From a virus, in IMG/VR virus record IMGVR_UViG_3300008261_000005: a stretch of DNA of 64,000 nt. One strand, given 5' to 3'. Within the stretch, counting starts at the first letter, position 1. Every line of letters starts with the position of its first letter. Below are positions 18,136 to 29,600 of the stretch, piece after piece. The notes under the pieces were generated by a model, which was not told the DNA's origin, did not search any database, and saw nothing but the letters and a program-made list of their open reading frames with translations. A program made the position numbers and the translations under genes.

Positions 18136-19617
18136 TTATAAAATTAATGCTTCAACTAATTTGACCCCGGTGTCATCACTAGATTGTAATGCAACAGCAA
18201 AAACTCCATTTGAGAGTGGCGCTGCTACTACTGCACAGCCATTATCAGAAGCAATCAACTCGTCTCCCTTTTTAATGGCTCCAATTACTTTAACTGGAAC
18301 TCGGCCTTTAAGAGCAACAGTGGTACCACCCTCAAGACTCTTGTTCATTAAAAATGCTGGATGCGCACTTACTGCCCCAATTGCACGTTTACCTAATTTA
18401 CTAGCAGTAATTTCTGAAGTGCCGCCAATCATCACTACAGTTCCAATGTCATATTCTGCATCAGCTAAGTATTTTTCTGCCAAGTCAGCATAGTATGCCT
18501 CAGTAGCTGTTCCAATAAATAATCTTGCCGCTAAATCACCGTCTACTGTTCTTGCCGCAATGGTATTGCCAGTGTCTGATGTTGACGCTGCTCTAGCATT
18601 GCCTGCAACATTAACTGCATCTGCTGTAGTAGCAGTACCTTCAAACGATACTGCATATACTGAGGAAAATCTTGAAGTTGATGATCCAATGTCTGACGTA
18701 TTATCTGTACCAGGTAATACGTTAGGTCCAACTAATTTCATAGGGGTGTATGTTGCGCCAGAGGTAGTTCTAAATTCAATTGTACTGCTTAATTGATTTT
18801 CAAATACTGGAGTAGTGCCTTCAATGTAAACCGCAATATCATCATCGTTACCAACAGTATAGCCTAAATCACTAAATCTAATGGCAACTGACGGTAGTGT
18901 AGAAACATCATTTCTTACAAAACTTGAAGCTGCTACACCACCCAATCTTTCTGAGTTAGAAGCTGTTCCCCAGAATCTATAATCAGATCCAGTAACACCG
19001 CGGGCGTCAGCACCGGCAGTTACGTTTGGGGTGTTAATTAAAGTTAGGCCTTTCTTAATCACGCTAAACCCAGCAATTGCATTTACAGAATTTTTAAGGG
19101 TAAATTCAGTAGGAGAAATAATATAAACAGTTGCACCATCTACGACTGCTTCAATGATGGCATGTAATCCATCAGTAGTATCTGTAACACTACGTGATCT
19201 TAATTGAGTAGTGTCTGCATCTGCTACTGCTTGCGGTCCAATTAATGAAAATTGGTCATCGGCTTCGTTCCAAGCAAACAATTGATTAGTATTTGTGTTA
19301 AACCAGAAATCACCAGTAGTTAAACCAGTTGGTTCAGCAACCCCTATTTCAGCGCCGCCAGTTGTACGAAATTGTGTTCCGTCAAAGAATTTTAACTTAC
19401 TAGAAGTAGCATCAAACCATATTTGACCAGTAATTTTCTTAGGAGGAGGATTTTCTCCTGCAAAGTTTTCCAGCAAGAAAACAAAGTTTTCGTTCTGAAT
19501 TTCCCCGTAACCAGCGTAGTTTTTACCAACAAGTTTAATATCTAAACTGCTGTCTACGGTACCGTCTTCTACGGTAGCTGCTAAATCTTGATTGTATTTG
19601 TTAATATTGTAAGGCAT
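18136..19617 (-). CDS. Tail fibre-like protein with C-terminal intramolecular-chaperone-like domain
   Basis: Shared N-terminal GKNY.GYGE..NENF..LLENFA module; C-terminal YADLAEKY...GTVVMIGG...GRVPVKV domain typical of fibre/spike chaperone tails. Confidence 0.7.
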   Translation of the reverse strand: MPYNINKYNQDLAATVEDGTVDSSLDIKLVGKNYAGYGEIQNENFVFLLENFAGENPPPKKITGQIWFDATSSKLKFFDGTQFRTTGGAEIGVAEPTGLTTGDFWFNTNTNQLFAWNEADDQFSLIGPQAVADADTTQLRSRSVTDTTDGLHAIIEAVVDGATVYIISPTEFTLKNSVNAIAGFSVIKKGLTLINTPNVTAGADARGVTGSDYRFWGTASNSERLGGVAASSFVRNDVSTLPSVAIRFSDLGYTVGNDDDIAVYIEGTTPVFENQLSSTIEFRTTSGATYTPMKLVGPNVLPGTDNTSDIGSSTSRFSSVYAVSFEGTATTADAVNVAGNARAASTSDTGNTIAARTVDGDLAARLFIGTATEAYYADLAEKYLADAEYDIGTVVMIGGTSEITASKLGKRAIGAVSAHPAFLMNKSLEGGTTVALKGRVPVKVIGAIKKGDELIASDNGCAVVAAPLSNGVFAVALQSSDDTGVKLVEALIL

Positions 19618-19634
19618 TCCTCACCCCTTTTGTA

Positions 19635-19641
19635 TATTTAT
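19635..19641 (-). promoter_or_regulatory. Late promoter ATAAATA
   Basis: Located in the short gap upstream of ATG 19617; matches the motif recurring before other structural genes. Confidence 0.55.
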
Positions 19642-19642
19642 G

Positions 19643-20944
19643 TTAAACTGGCGCCACTTGATTGTAAGCCCAGCCTCTGTTAACCCCAGTGTAGACCAGT
19701 GTAAATGCCCCACCTTCCTTGTTTGCTTCTAAATTTGACGTTGCTCCGTTGATTTTTCTTGAAAATGTATCTCTAGTTATTGTCAAGTGATTTGTGTCCC
19801 ATCCAGTAGTTGAACCATCAATAAAAGACACTTGCCAACCAATTTGTGGGTTTGCTGGCAATGCAATGCTAAAAGGCGCCAGAGTGGTATCTGCAATGAT
19901 TTTATCACCATTTACCGCTGTGTACGCAGAGCTAATTACTTTCCAAGTTGAGGTAATATTACCAGTAACGGTTAAACTGCCATCAATAGTAGCGTCCCCG
20001 CCAACATCCAATGTAGTTGTTGGTACTTCTTTAAAAATACCAACATATTGATCTACTGCATTTACAGAAATTGCTTCAACTAGTAATCCAGAACTCGATT
20101 TAACTTTAACTACAAAACTTTGTCCTGAACGATTACTCACTATCTGAAATGATGACCCACTAACTCTAAGTTCGCTATCTTGATTACCAAGTATTAACGG
20201 AACTGGGTTTTGAATAGTTAGTTGACCAGAGATGCTAGAACTTGCATCAGTAGCCACAAAACTAGTAGTAGTTTTTATTGCGCCAGATGGGTCAACTAGT
20301 GCATCAGCTTTACTAGCAGTTACATGAAATTTCATGTTGGATAATGTAGAAGCGTTAAACCCTTTTTTAATAATACCAGCGTATCCTTCATTGGTCAACT
20401 GGGTTGCTGCCGCTGCGTTAGGAGTAAATTCTTCTTTACTATAAATTCCTAACAATACTTGACTTGCCCACATCTTAACAACTGTTTTTAAATTTCCTGC
20501 AACATCTAACAAGCTAACCACTTCATGTCCTGAAATTCCTTGCTCTGCGGTATACAGCGGGCCAGCTAAGACAGTTTCAGTTCCATCGTAAAACCAAAGT
20601 TGGTTAGTTAAATTATTAATCCATAAATCTCCCTGTATTAAAGTTAAGGGAGTATTTGCATCAGACGATACGATAGGACCGCCGCTTGTTCTAAATTCAG
20701 TACCTGTGTAAACTTTTAATCTATTATCGCCAGTATCAAACCAAATTTGACCAGTTATAGGATATGTAGGCTGACTAGTGTTGGCAAAATTTTCTAAAAG
20801 TTTTATTAAGTTTTCATTAAACACTTCGCCGTAGTTGGAAGAATTTTTACCAATAAGTGTAAGATCGGTACTAACTTGATCAATAGTGCTATCGCCTAAT
20901 TCAGTAAGAACAGATCCGTTTGTTTTATTAATAATGTAAGTCAT
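19643..20944 (-). CDS. Tail fibre/baseplate-associated structural protein
   Basis: Same N-terminal module (LIGKNSSNYGEVFNENLIKLLENFA); C-terminal Y.AVNGD.I.ADT...LPANP..G..V...D domain seen in fibre proteins. Confidence 0.65.
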   Translation of the reverse strand: MTYIINKTNGSVLTELGDSTIDQVSTDLTLIGKNSSNYGEVFNENLIKLLENFANTSQPTYPITGQIWFDTGDNRLKVYTGTEFRTSGGPIVSSDANTPLTLIQGDLWINNLTNQLWFYDGTETVLAGPLYTAEQGISGHEVVSLLDVAGNLKTVVKMWASQVLLGIYSKEEFTPNAAAATQLTNEGYAGIIKKGFNASTLSNMKFHVTASKADALVDPSGAIKTTTSFVATDASSSISGQLTIQNPVPLILGNQDSELRVSGSSFQIVSNRSGQSFVVKVKSSSGLLVEAISVNAVDQYVGIFKEVPTTTLDVGGDATIDGSLTVTGNITSTWKVISSAYTAVNGDKIIADTTLAPFSIALPANPQIGWQVSFIDGSTTGWDTNHLTITRDTFSRKINGATSNLEANKEGGAFTLVYTGVNRGWAYNQVAPV

Positions 20945-23025
20945 TATGCTACCTTCCCAGTAAATATAATGTAATTGATTGTTTGATAATGATTAACAAT
21001 ATCAACTGGGACATTTAGAGTCTCTGATACTAAATCGTCTGTAAAAATGCCGCCGCTGTCAGTCATTAATTGACCCTGTCCTGTAGCAACTAAACCATTG
21101 GATGCTTCAGCATTTGTGTCAATTGGGGATCCAGCCCTAGGGGCAAACGCATAGTACTGTGCTCCAGCATTACCTTTCATATCATGAACGTGTTCTGGTA
21201 AATTATTACGAGTCAATGATACTGAACTGGCGCCGCCTGTGCCGCCAATCTGATCTGCTGCAACTTCAGTAATCCTATCTGCTGGAATACTTCCTCCACC
21301 GTTGGACATGTCATCCCTGCCTAACGGAAATCTCCCTCGAAGATCAGGGAGTGCAAATGTGCCTGTACCAGTCAATAAACTTATTGATTTATAATTGTAT
21401 TGTATAATTGCAAATAATTCAGGGTATGTGGAAATTAATTGTTCACTGCCGTCGCATAGCAAATACCCTAGAGGTACTACAGTTCCAGCAAACGGCATAA
21501 TTACACCAGTTGGTACTAAGGGAATATTTGAAATTAAGGAATTTTTGGATAATCTTCTTAACGACCCAGCTCTACTAATTAAAAATTCATCAGTGAGAAA
21601 AGAATCAGTGGTTGATGTTTTGTTGGTAATAAAACTACTACTAATAACTGCTGTTAATACTACTTTTCCTGAAGGGGTAGAACCATTAAAATTGATTGCA
21701 GCACTTACAACATCACTTGCTTGCTCTACTACGCCTAGTGCAGATACCCTATCTCCTAAACTAAATGCAGTTGTACTCGTCAATGTTGTAGCAGCACCAG
21801 AAATACTACCGTTTAAGAAACCAGTAAAGCTGCCGCTAATTGTGGTAGCATCAATATTATCTGCATAGATATTACTCCATCTATTAATAGATGTTCCAAG
21901 ATCATAAATGCTATCAGTTCTTGGAATAATGTTGTCTACAACGCTAGTTCCAATGATGTTTAATCCGCCGCCGGCTCTAATTAATTTTGCTACGCTTACG
22001 CCTCCAGCAGTGACAATACTGCCAGTTGACAAGCTAGTAGAATCAGTAACGTTAGTTAATAATAATTGATTGCTTGCTTTAATACTACCTTCAACATCTA
22101 ACGCTTCGTCTGGGTTTGTTTTATTAATTCCAACTCTAGAGCTGCCGTCAATTCTAAGAACAGTTGGGGAGGTTGTTCCGCTTTTAATTTTAAAGTCAAT
22201 ACTAGAACCTGAAACTCTATTATAAACTACTGCTGCATTATTTTCAATTGAAATTGACAGCGCAGAGTCTCCGCCAATACTAATACCTGCATTATTTCTT
22301 ACACTAAATCCAAAATTAGTTGTACTTGCTTCATCTTTTCTTAAAAAGTTTGTGGCTGCTACAGTAGCAGAACCAATAATTAGTGCTTCAGCTTTTTCTG
22401 ATATCCCCCAAACTTTGGTACCAGTCGCAGATGCTTTGAAATTAGTTGTTGATAAATTTGTACCTTGTCTAATTAATGGGAACCCAACCGTTGACGCTTT
22501 TGGGGTAAATTCAGTATCGCTAATAATTACAACTCTGGTTCCATTTACAAATAAAGTTAGTACTGGAACTTGAACATCGGCAGTTGATGTAATTAGTTCA
22601 ACTTTTGCACCAGTTGCTTGGCCAGCACTATATTCTGGTCCCACTAGTACCCAACTTGATCCATTATAAAGATGCAGTTGTTGCGTTGTAGTGTTAACCC
22701 AAAGGTCACCAATAACACTAGTAGTTGGTGCGGACGAAGATTTCTTAACAGAGCCAGCTGCAACCCAATTGGTGTTATCCCAAATTTTTAATTGATTGTT
22801 AATGCCAACCCGTGTATCGTACCATAATTGGCCAGCAACTGGATTAGGTGGAGCAGAGGGTTTTGCAAAATTTTCTAGTAAATGCAAAAAGTTTTCAGCA
22901 ATAACTTGCGAATAACCCGCATAGTTTTTACCAACAAACTGTACACTCTTTTCAGAGTTTAATGTTTGGTCATCTACTGTGATTGGAGTTTTAGTTGTAT
23001 CTGTAAAATTTACTTGATAACTCAT
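20944..23025 (-). CDS. Tail fibre protein with tail-collar domain
   Basis: Shared N-terminal module; collar motif PTGVIMPFAG...GYLLCDGS...YPELF...LPDLRGRFPLG. Confidence 0.8.
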   Translation of the reverse strand: MSYQVNFTDTTKTPITVDDQTLNSEKSVQFVGKNYAGYSQVIAENFLHLLENFAKPSAPPNPVAGQLWYDTRVGINNQLKIWDNTNWVAAGSVKKSSSAPTTSVIGDLWVNTTTQQLHLYNGSSWVLVGPEYSAGQATGAKVELITSTADVQVPVLTLFVNGTRVVIISDTEFTPKASTVGFPLIRQGTNLSTTNFKASATGTKVWGISEKAEALIIGSATVAATNFLRKDEASTTNFGFSVRNNAGISIGGDSALSISIENNAAVVYNRVSGSSIDFKIKSGTTSPTVLRIDGSSRVGINKTNPDEALDVEGSIKASNQLLLTNVTDSTSLSTGSIVTAGGVSVAKLIRAGGGLNIIGTSVVDNIIPRTDSIYDLGTSINRWSNIYADNIDATTISGSFTGFLNGSISGAATTLTSTTAFSLGDRVSALGVVEQASDVVSAAINFNGSTPSGKVVLTAVISSSFITNKTSTTDSFLTDEFLISRAGSLRRLSKNSLISNIPLVPTGVIMPFAGTVVPLGYLLCDGSEQLISTYPELFAIIQYNYKSISLLTGTGTFALPDLRGRFPLGRDDMSNGGGSIPADRITEVAADQIGGTGGASSVSLTRNNLPEHVHDMKGNAGAQYYAFAPRAGSPIDTNAEASNGLVATGQGQLMTDSGGIFTDDLVSETLNVPVDIVNHYQTINYIIFTGKVA

Positions 23026-23026
23026 C

Positions 23027-23638
23027 TTATGCTCCGGCTATGCCAGTTAAACTTTGTATTCTAACTGTGTAATCAATTTGAATTAATCTATTCAATGATT
23101 TTTGTACTGGATGAAAAATCACATGTGTTAGTAACAAACTTGATCCAGTTGAGCTATAACTTTTTAGACCCAATTCGTCAAACACTGCTGGGCTTTCTGC
23201 ATCAGTAGTGTTGTCAAATGCCAACTGACCGCTGATGTTTTCGCCGTAATCTAATAAACAAGTAATAAACACATCAGTATAATTAGTGCCAGTCACGTGT
23301 CGAGTTTCAATGTAGTTCCTAACTGGATCAACGTTTGATACACTGCGGTCATCAACTACTTTACTGTATGTTTGATTATATAAACTGGCATTAGTACCAG
23401 TACTGTTTGGGGTCAAATATGTAATAATGCCTGTTGGGTCGACAGCGGTTCCGCCGTTACCAAACGCCATTTCATATATGAAGCCTTGCCCTGAGTTAGC
23501 TATACTCTGCGCCAATGCCACGCTGATATTTTCATAATGGATTGCATTACGTTTATTCACGAAAATTTCATTAGATTCTGGATTCCAGATCTTGATATGA
23601 CCTTCTACGTGTATTCCTGTTAAGTCTTTACTTTGCAT
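23027..23638 (-). CDS. Virion structural protein
   Basis: 203-aa ORF within the baseplate/fibre block, with its own late promoter. Confidence 0.6.
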   Translation of the reverse strand: MQSKDLTGIHVEGHIKIWNPESNEIFVNKRNAIHYENISVALAQSIANSGQGFIYEMAFGNGGTAVDPTGIITYLTPNSTGTNASLYNQTYSKVVDDRSVSNVDPVRNYIETRHVTGTNYTDVFITCLLDYGENISGQLAFDNTTDAESPAVFDELGLKSYSSTGSSLLLTHVIFHPVQKSLNRLIQIDYTVRIQSLTGIAGA

Positions 23639-23657
23639 ATTTTTCTCTCAATCAGTA

Positions 23658-23664
23658 TATTTAT
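23658..23664 (-). promoter_or_regulatory. Late promoter ATAAATA
   Basis: In the gap upstream of ATG 23638. Confidence 0.55.
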
Positions 23665-23685
23665 TCAGTATTAATAACTGCTACT

Positions 23686-26600
23686 TTAAGTTGTGCTAGG
23701 ATTCTTGGCTGCTAGCGGGATGCCTTCGGTTGCTTTGATAAAGTTGGCAACTTTATTGTTTGAATCAACCAAAGCAGTGCCTGGATCATACCAAACTTTG
23801 CCAATTTTCTTAATAATAATCACCTTTGTTCCAATGGTTAAATCATTCAACAGTGTAACACCTGCGGTTGTTTCGTCTACTGAAAAATCAGCAGCAAATG
23901 ATACATCACCTTCCGTACTTTCCCAATGATTTTCTACATTGTACATTGAATAAGGATGCTTCTTAAGTCTTTGATTGCCTACAAAAAATTCCCAATTTGT
24001 TCGATCGTCTGTAAAACTGCTGGAACTCTTATGTGCTATTACGCATCTAAATGTAGAGCTTCCGTATAATACAATTTCACCAACTGAATAGTCAGTTAGT
24101 TCTGTCCAAGGCACTATGTTATAACCGCCAACAAATACTTCAATATCAGCTGGTACAGTGCTTACTACAGCATGAGTTACTGGATTTCTAATTGGATAAC
24201 GTTTAGGAATATACTGCAAGGGAATTGTATTAGTTGTACCGTCATGAATATATGTATCAATAATATAGTCATCGTTGTAAGGAATCGTTTCACTTATTCC
24301 AATGTCAATAACCAATGCTCCCGCAACGTGTTTTGTTGGAGTTCCTGTTCCTAGTGTCCCTCTACGCAACTGTCCAAGTACATTTTCATTAATGGTAAAG
24401 AATTCAATTCTTTCTCCGCCAACATAAATGATTCCTGGTAAATTGCGTTGTTTATTTCCCACATTAAGGACTGAGCTGTCAACTACAGTAATAGTTGAGT
24501 CATAAAAGTTTAGATCTAGAGCTAATAATGTTTTCTTATTAGCAGATAATCTCTTATAGTGATCTCTATTCAACATATCCTTAAACTGCATATATCCAAT
24601 TGTTTGTCTAACAACGTTCTTTGTAAATGTAATAATTGAATACACGTCATTTTCAGAAGTATTAGAAGTCAATTTAACTGCGTTCTTATTTGGCGTTAAT
24701 CGATAATCAACACTATGAGTTAACAATGTTCCGTTTTTAATGACCCACACATAATCATCACTCAATACATCTCTGCCTAAATCGAGAATTCCACCAATAA
24801 TTTTATTGTACGTAAAATATTCAACTGAATCTTGCGTTAAAGATATTGTAGGATTTATTTCAACTTCAGATCGCTGAATGTCTAATATGTTGTGATTGTA
24901 GTAAGAAATAATTTCAATTTCTTCTCCTAACAACGGAGTCGTTACAAACGTAATGTTAGTTTCTGATGTTATAAAATATTCAGCAGTTGTTAAAATGCTT
25001 ATTACCAAAGTCGCATTATTAATGTATACTCCAGCTTTCAATACAATGGCACCAGCTAATAAATCAACAGTATAATCTAACATCAATCTCATTTTTACGC
25101 CAGCAACATATATGTCAAAATCATCAATATTAAACACTTCAGCTTGAAATTTATGTGCTGGAATTGAATATGTTAATTGATTGTTTGATAATGTATAGTA
25201 TGTACAATTAGGACCAGTAAGAATACGTTGTCCAGATTTAACTATAACATTAGATTCTAATGGTAACGCTTGACCAACAGAGTTGGCTAACGTAAAGTTA
25301 TTAGTAGATCCGTCTCCTATTAAAGTTTCGCTTGTTGCTAAACTATAAGAGCTATCTGAAGAACTAGAAATTAAATAATTAATAATTGCCCCAACAGCTG
25401 GCGCGGCGCCAAATTTAATGCCAATTCTATCTGTTGCTTCATATGTTGAATCTGTTCTAAACAAGATATAACTTTGGTTGAGTCCAGAAACAATTACTAA
25501 AGAAGATGCTCCTTCAACCCATGGTGATCTAGTTATAAATTCAATATCTGTACCGTTGCCTACAAAGTAATCTAAATCTAAGATGTCTTGACCGTTAAAT
25601 CCAAAACTTGATACTGAAACAATTTCTCCTTGAGGTGGGATTGTTGATAGTGTTACAGACTGTGTGTCATAGTTGATTGTAAAGTCAGTTCCAAGTGCTA
25701 AGAAAGTTCCATCCACTGTTACAGTAACAGCATATTGAGTATTTGGGTACTGTCCTATATCAAAAGTATCTATCACGTTGTCGCTAACATAATTTTTAGT
25801 TGCTAATCTAGCTGAACCGCTGGCCGATCTATGAAATACCTTAACTGCAACTGCGTCAGTAATTTGACCTGGCACCACTTCTTCAGGGGCTGGACTTGAG
25901 GTGGTTGTTACAAAACCGTCGCCATCAACTAATATATCTTCTGCGGCTAAACCAGTAGCTGTAGAATATGCTAGGTTTCCTCCAATTAAGGTAGTGTCAT
26001 AGTCAAGTGAAGAAGGAGTAATTGCTCCGTCACTTGTACTCTTTCGGAAGATAACTTTATCACCATCATTAATATCCAAACTTGGTGTAGATCCTAAATT
26101 GGGCAATGTAATAGTATCAGTTACACCGTCACCCACAAATGTATTCATCACTGCGCCAGCTGGAGCAATTAATCGCCCATTAGGTTGTACAGTTGATCCG
26201 TCATATATATCAAAATACGGATCATCAATTCTAGTACCGTTGACGTATATATTAATTTCTTGTCCTACTGCTGGAATGTAAGGTAACGTGTAAGTGTAAG
26301 TGCTATCTCCAACAGTTACAATAAAATCATCAAAAACAGGATCGTATCCGTCCCACACATCTGCAAACCAAGGCAAATCGTCCCAGCCTGAGCTAGATTT
26401 AAAATTCAATCCAACAATGTTAACTCCGCCGTAATCAACACCAGTCATTAACTGTGATAAATCTTTACCCAATTGTCCACTGATTGGATCGTAGTAGTAT
26501 TGAATTCTATCTGCTGCGGATAGATAATTAAAATCCTTAACGTAATTAATTACAATTACTTCACCATTTGCTGGAGCAGAGTTAAATGTTAACACCCCAG

Positions 26601-29600
26601 AATAACTTGTATGTCCTCTAGTAGTAGTTTTTTTACTAGTCACCGAGAATGTATCTCGCAGTGCTTCTTGGCCGTTAGTATCTGTTGAGCTTGTTTTAAT
26701 AACAACAGTCGTCTTGCCAGTTTTTAAATCTGGACTCCATTTCAATGGGAATTGTAATCGAGATCCAGTTCCAATAAATTCTTCAGTCACAGCTAACGAT
26801 GTAATGTAATACTTGCTAGTAATTCTATCAAATTTAATTTTAATTAAAGAGCTTCGAACTAGATCATTTTTAATAAATGCAACCGCACGAGCTGGAACAC
26901 CAATAGTAGATAATCCGCCGTTCAATTCAACTGTCGGGGCAGAAAAGTATCCTTCACCACTAGTTACTATTTGAATTTTAGTAACTTTGCCGTTTGAAAT
27001 GTATGCTTTAGCCGTTGCTTGGGTTGTATTTGCTCCAGTTATAATAACTTCTGGATTTGTAATATATCCAGAACCACCGTCAACTAACACAATTTCTGAC
27101 ACATAAAATCCAGCATTATCAAGCCAATGTTTCCAAGGATAAGACAACAATTCATCGTTGTTAATAACAATTTCGTTTGTGTCACCAACTGATACTACTA
27201 CTGGAACAGATTGATTACCAATGGTAACTGGTGGTAGATCAAAATCAGTGACAACAGACTGGGTATTATCAATACTAGTATAAGAACTTACATATTCTCT
27301 AATTTTAGTTCTGTATGGTTTTACTTCAGCAATATAGCTTTCAAAATCAGCTAAGTTGTCGTTGTTGTATGTAACTTTCTGTTTTAAATTTCCTACGTTG
27401 TGCATTGCTTTAACAAAACTAGTTTTAAATGCCCAATCAACATATGATTGTTCACTTAATGCATATCTAAGACTTGCAAAGAAAAGTTTTAAGTACACAG
27501 TCCTCAATTCATCAATAAGAACCTTGTCTTTAATAGCTGTTAAAATAATTCTAAGTTCAACTGAACCTGAATTATCAAAAACATCAGTATCGTATAATGG
27601 CCCATCAAATCCTAAATTGGTTGCTACAAATTGATAGAACTTATTGGATATTTGAATTGTTCCATTTTGTCTGCCAATTACTTTGTAACTCTGTGTATAG
27701 TCTACAGAAGACACATCAGCAAACTTTTCTAGTAACATCCAGCCGGCTGAGCCAACAGTTTTAACTTTAACTGTTTGTCCAATATCTGCCAATAGTGTGT
27801 ATAACTGATTTGTTCCATCAACTGAGTAATCAATTTTTGTGAATAAATTATAACCAGGTGCATACCAGTCAACATAATTCCAAAATGCTAAAACATTGTA
27901 GCTTTGAGATTTAGTTCGAATCCAACTAGATGTACCAATATTAAATGCGTATATAGACCACCTTCCTAAGGCCTGTTCATCGCTAATGACCAATACTGCT
28001 AGCGATCTAATTGATAAGGTAGTGCTATTAGTGTACCCTTGGCCAGCATTGTTTATTATTACGCTGGCAATTCCGCCGTTAGCGTCTAAAACTGTTTTAA
28101 GTTTAGCATCTTTGCCAAGGCCATTAACTGTTATATAAGGTGCATTAATATATCCTGAGCCAGCTTTTGTAATAATAACATCTGTAATTCTGCCATCTTC
28201 AATTACTGGTAGTAAAGAAGGCATAGTGAAAGCCCCAGTATTAATTAATCGCAGTTCTGCATCAGTATCAACAACAGAATCATAAAGACCGCTAGGAAGA
28301 ATGCGTGTTCCATCAGCTTGTGTTACATAGTCTGGATAAGCATCGTACTTTTTAAAGTCTGTTAAATCTGTTGAATCAACTATTAGTTCAGATATTAGTG
28401 CAGAATTTAAACGCTCAATATATTGCTTTAGTGCTTCAATTCTATTGATAAACATGCTTTGTCTTGGTCTAAATTGCACCCCGTATTTTAACTTAGGGGG
28501 CAAGTTGATATCTGGAACTTGCCTATTATTGAGATCGTTACCTACTAAACTGTCAATCCATTTAGTTTCAATTGCAGTAGGTATTGATGTGTTAGGATGT
28601 TCACTGATAATTTTCCAATCAGTGTGAATATTCAAATCATCTTGGTCTACTAGCCAGTACTGCGCAGCTAATACGATATCAGAACTAACCAATAAATTTT
28701 GAACGTTTACTAGGCTAAAACTATCTGTTCCAGTAAATTCAACAAATTTATAGCCTTGACTCTTTGGATCTGCTATTAATGTTGCAACGTTGAAGGCAGA
28801 TATTAGTCTATCAGGAGCATTAGGTACTGTTGTTTTATTTTTAACCCAGAAATAATAAGTATTTTTAAAAGTTTTTGCAACGTTGTCATAACGTTTTTTA
28901 ACACTATATGTGGTGTTTCCATACAAACTTGTTCCGCTTATACCAGATGTTAAACCTACTTCAGTATCAGCCAGTTTATCCCACTCAGCTGGAGTATATT
29001 TTGTTTCAACCCACTCGTAAACGTCAATGCTACCAGTTTCATACAGTGTATTCCAAGTAGAATTTCTATAGACAACGTTACCAGTATAGCTATCTAAAAA
29101 TTTAGCTCTATCCAAGTTCCACCATAGAGTTCCAACTTGTTGTCCTAACCAAGCCATTCCGTCATCAACGTTTACTGCATCTGTTCCAACAGAATATGTT
29201 GCTGGATCATAATATGTTTTGTATTTGATTTCTTGCTCGGCAATTCCAGCAATTTTACCTTGCATTGGATCAATAATATCCAAATATGTTACAAGATTGC
29301 TAGTTTTCTTGTTGTATAAAAATAATTTTTTAATTTTTGTTACATCAACTTTATTTTTTTCTGATTGTAAAATGGTCCAGCTAAATGCTGAACGAACTTT
29401 GGAATATGTATAAACAACACCAGCATTTGAAACTTGACTATCTGTTTTTGGAGCTGATACAACTATAGTATTATCTCCAGCAGCAAGTGAATAACCGTAT
29501 TTGTCATTCATTGCATTGTCAACTAATAGAGATTCGCCATAGATAAAAGCAACATCATATTCATCGTAAATGTCAATACGGCCAGCATCTTTATTAAAGT

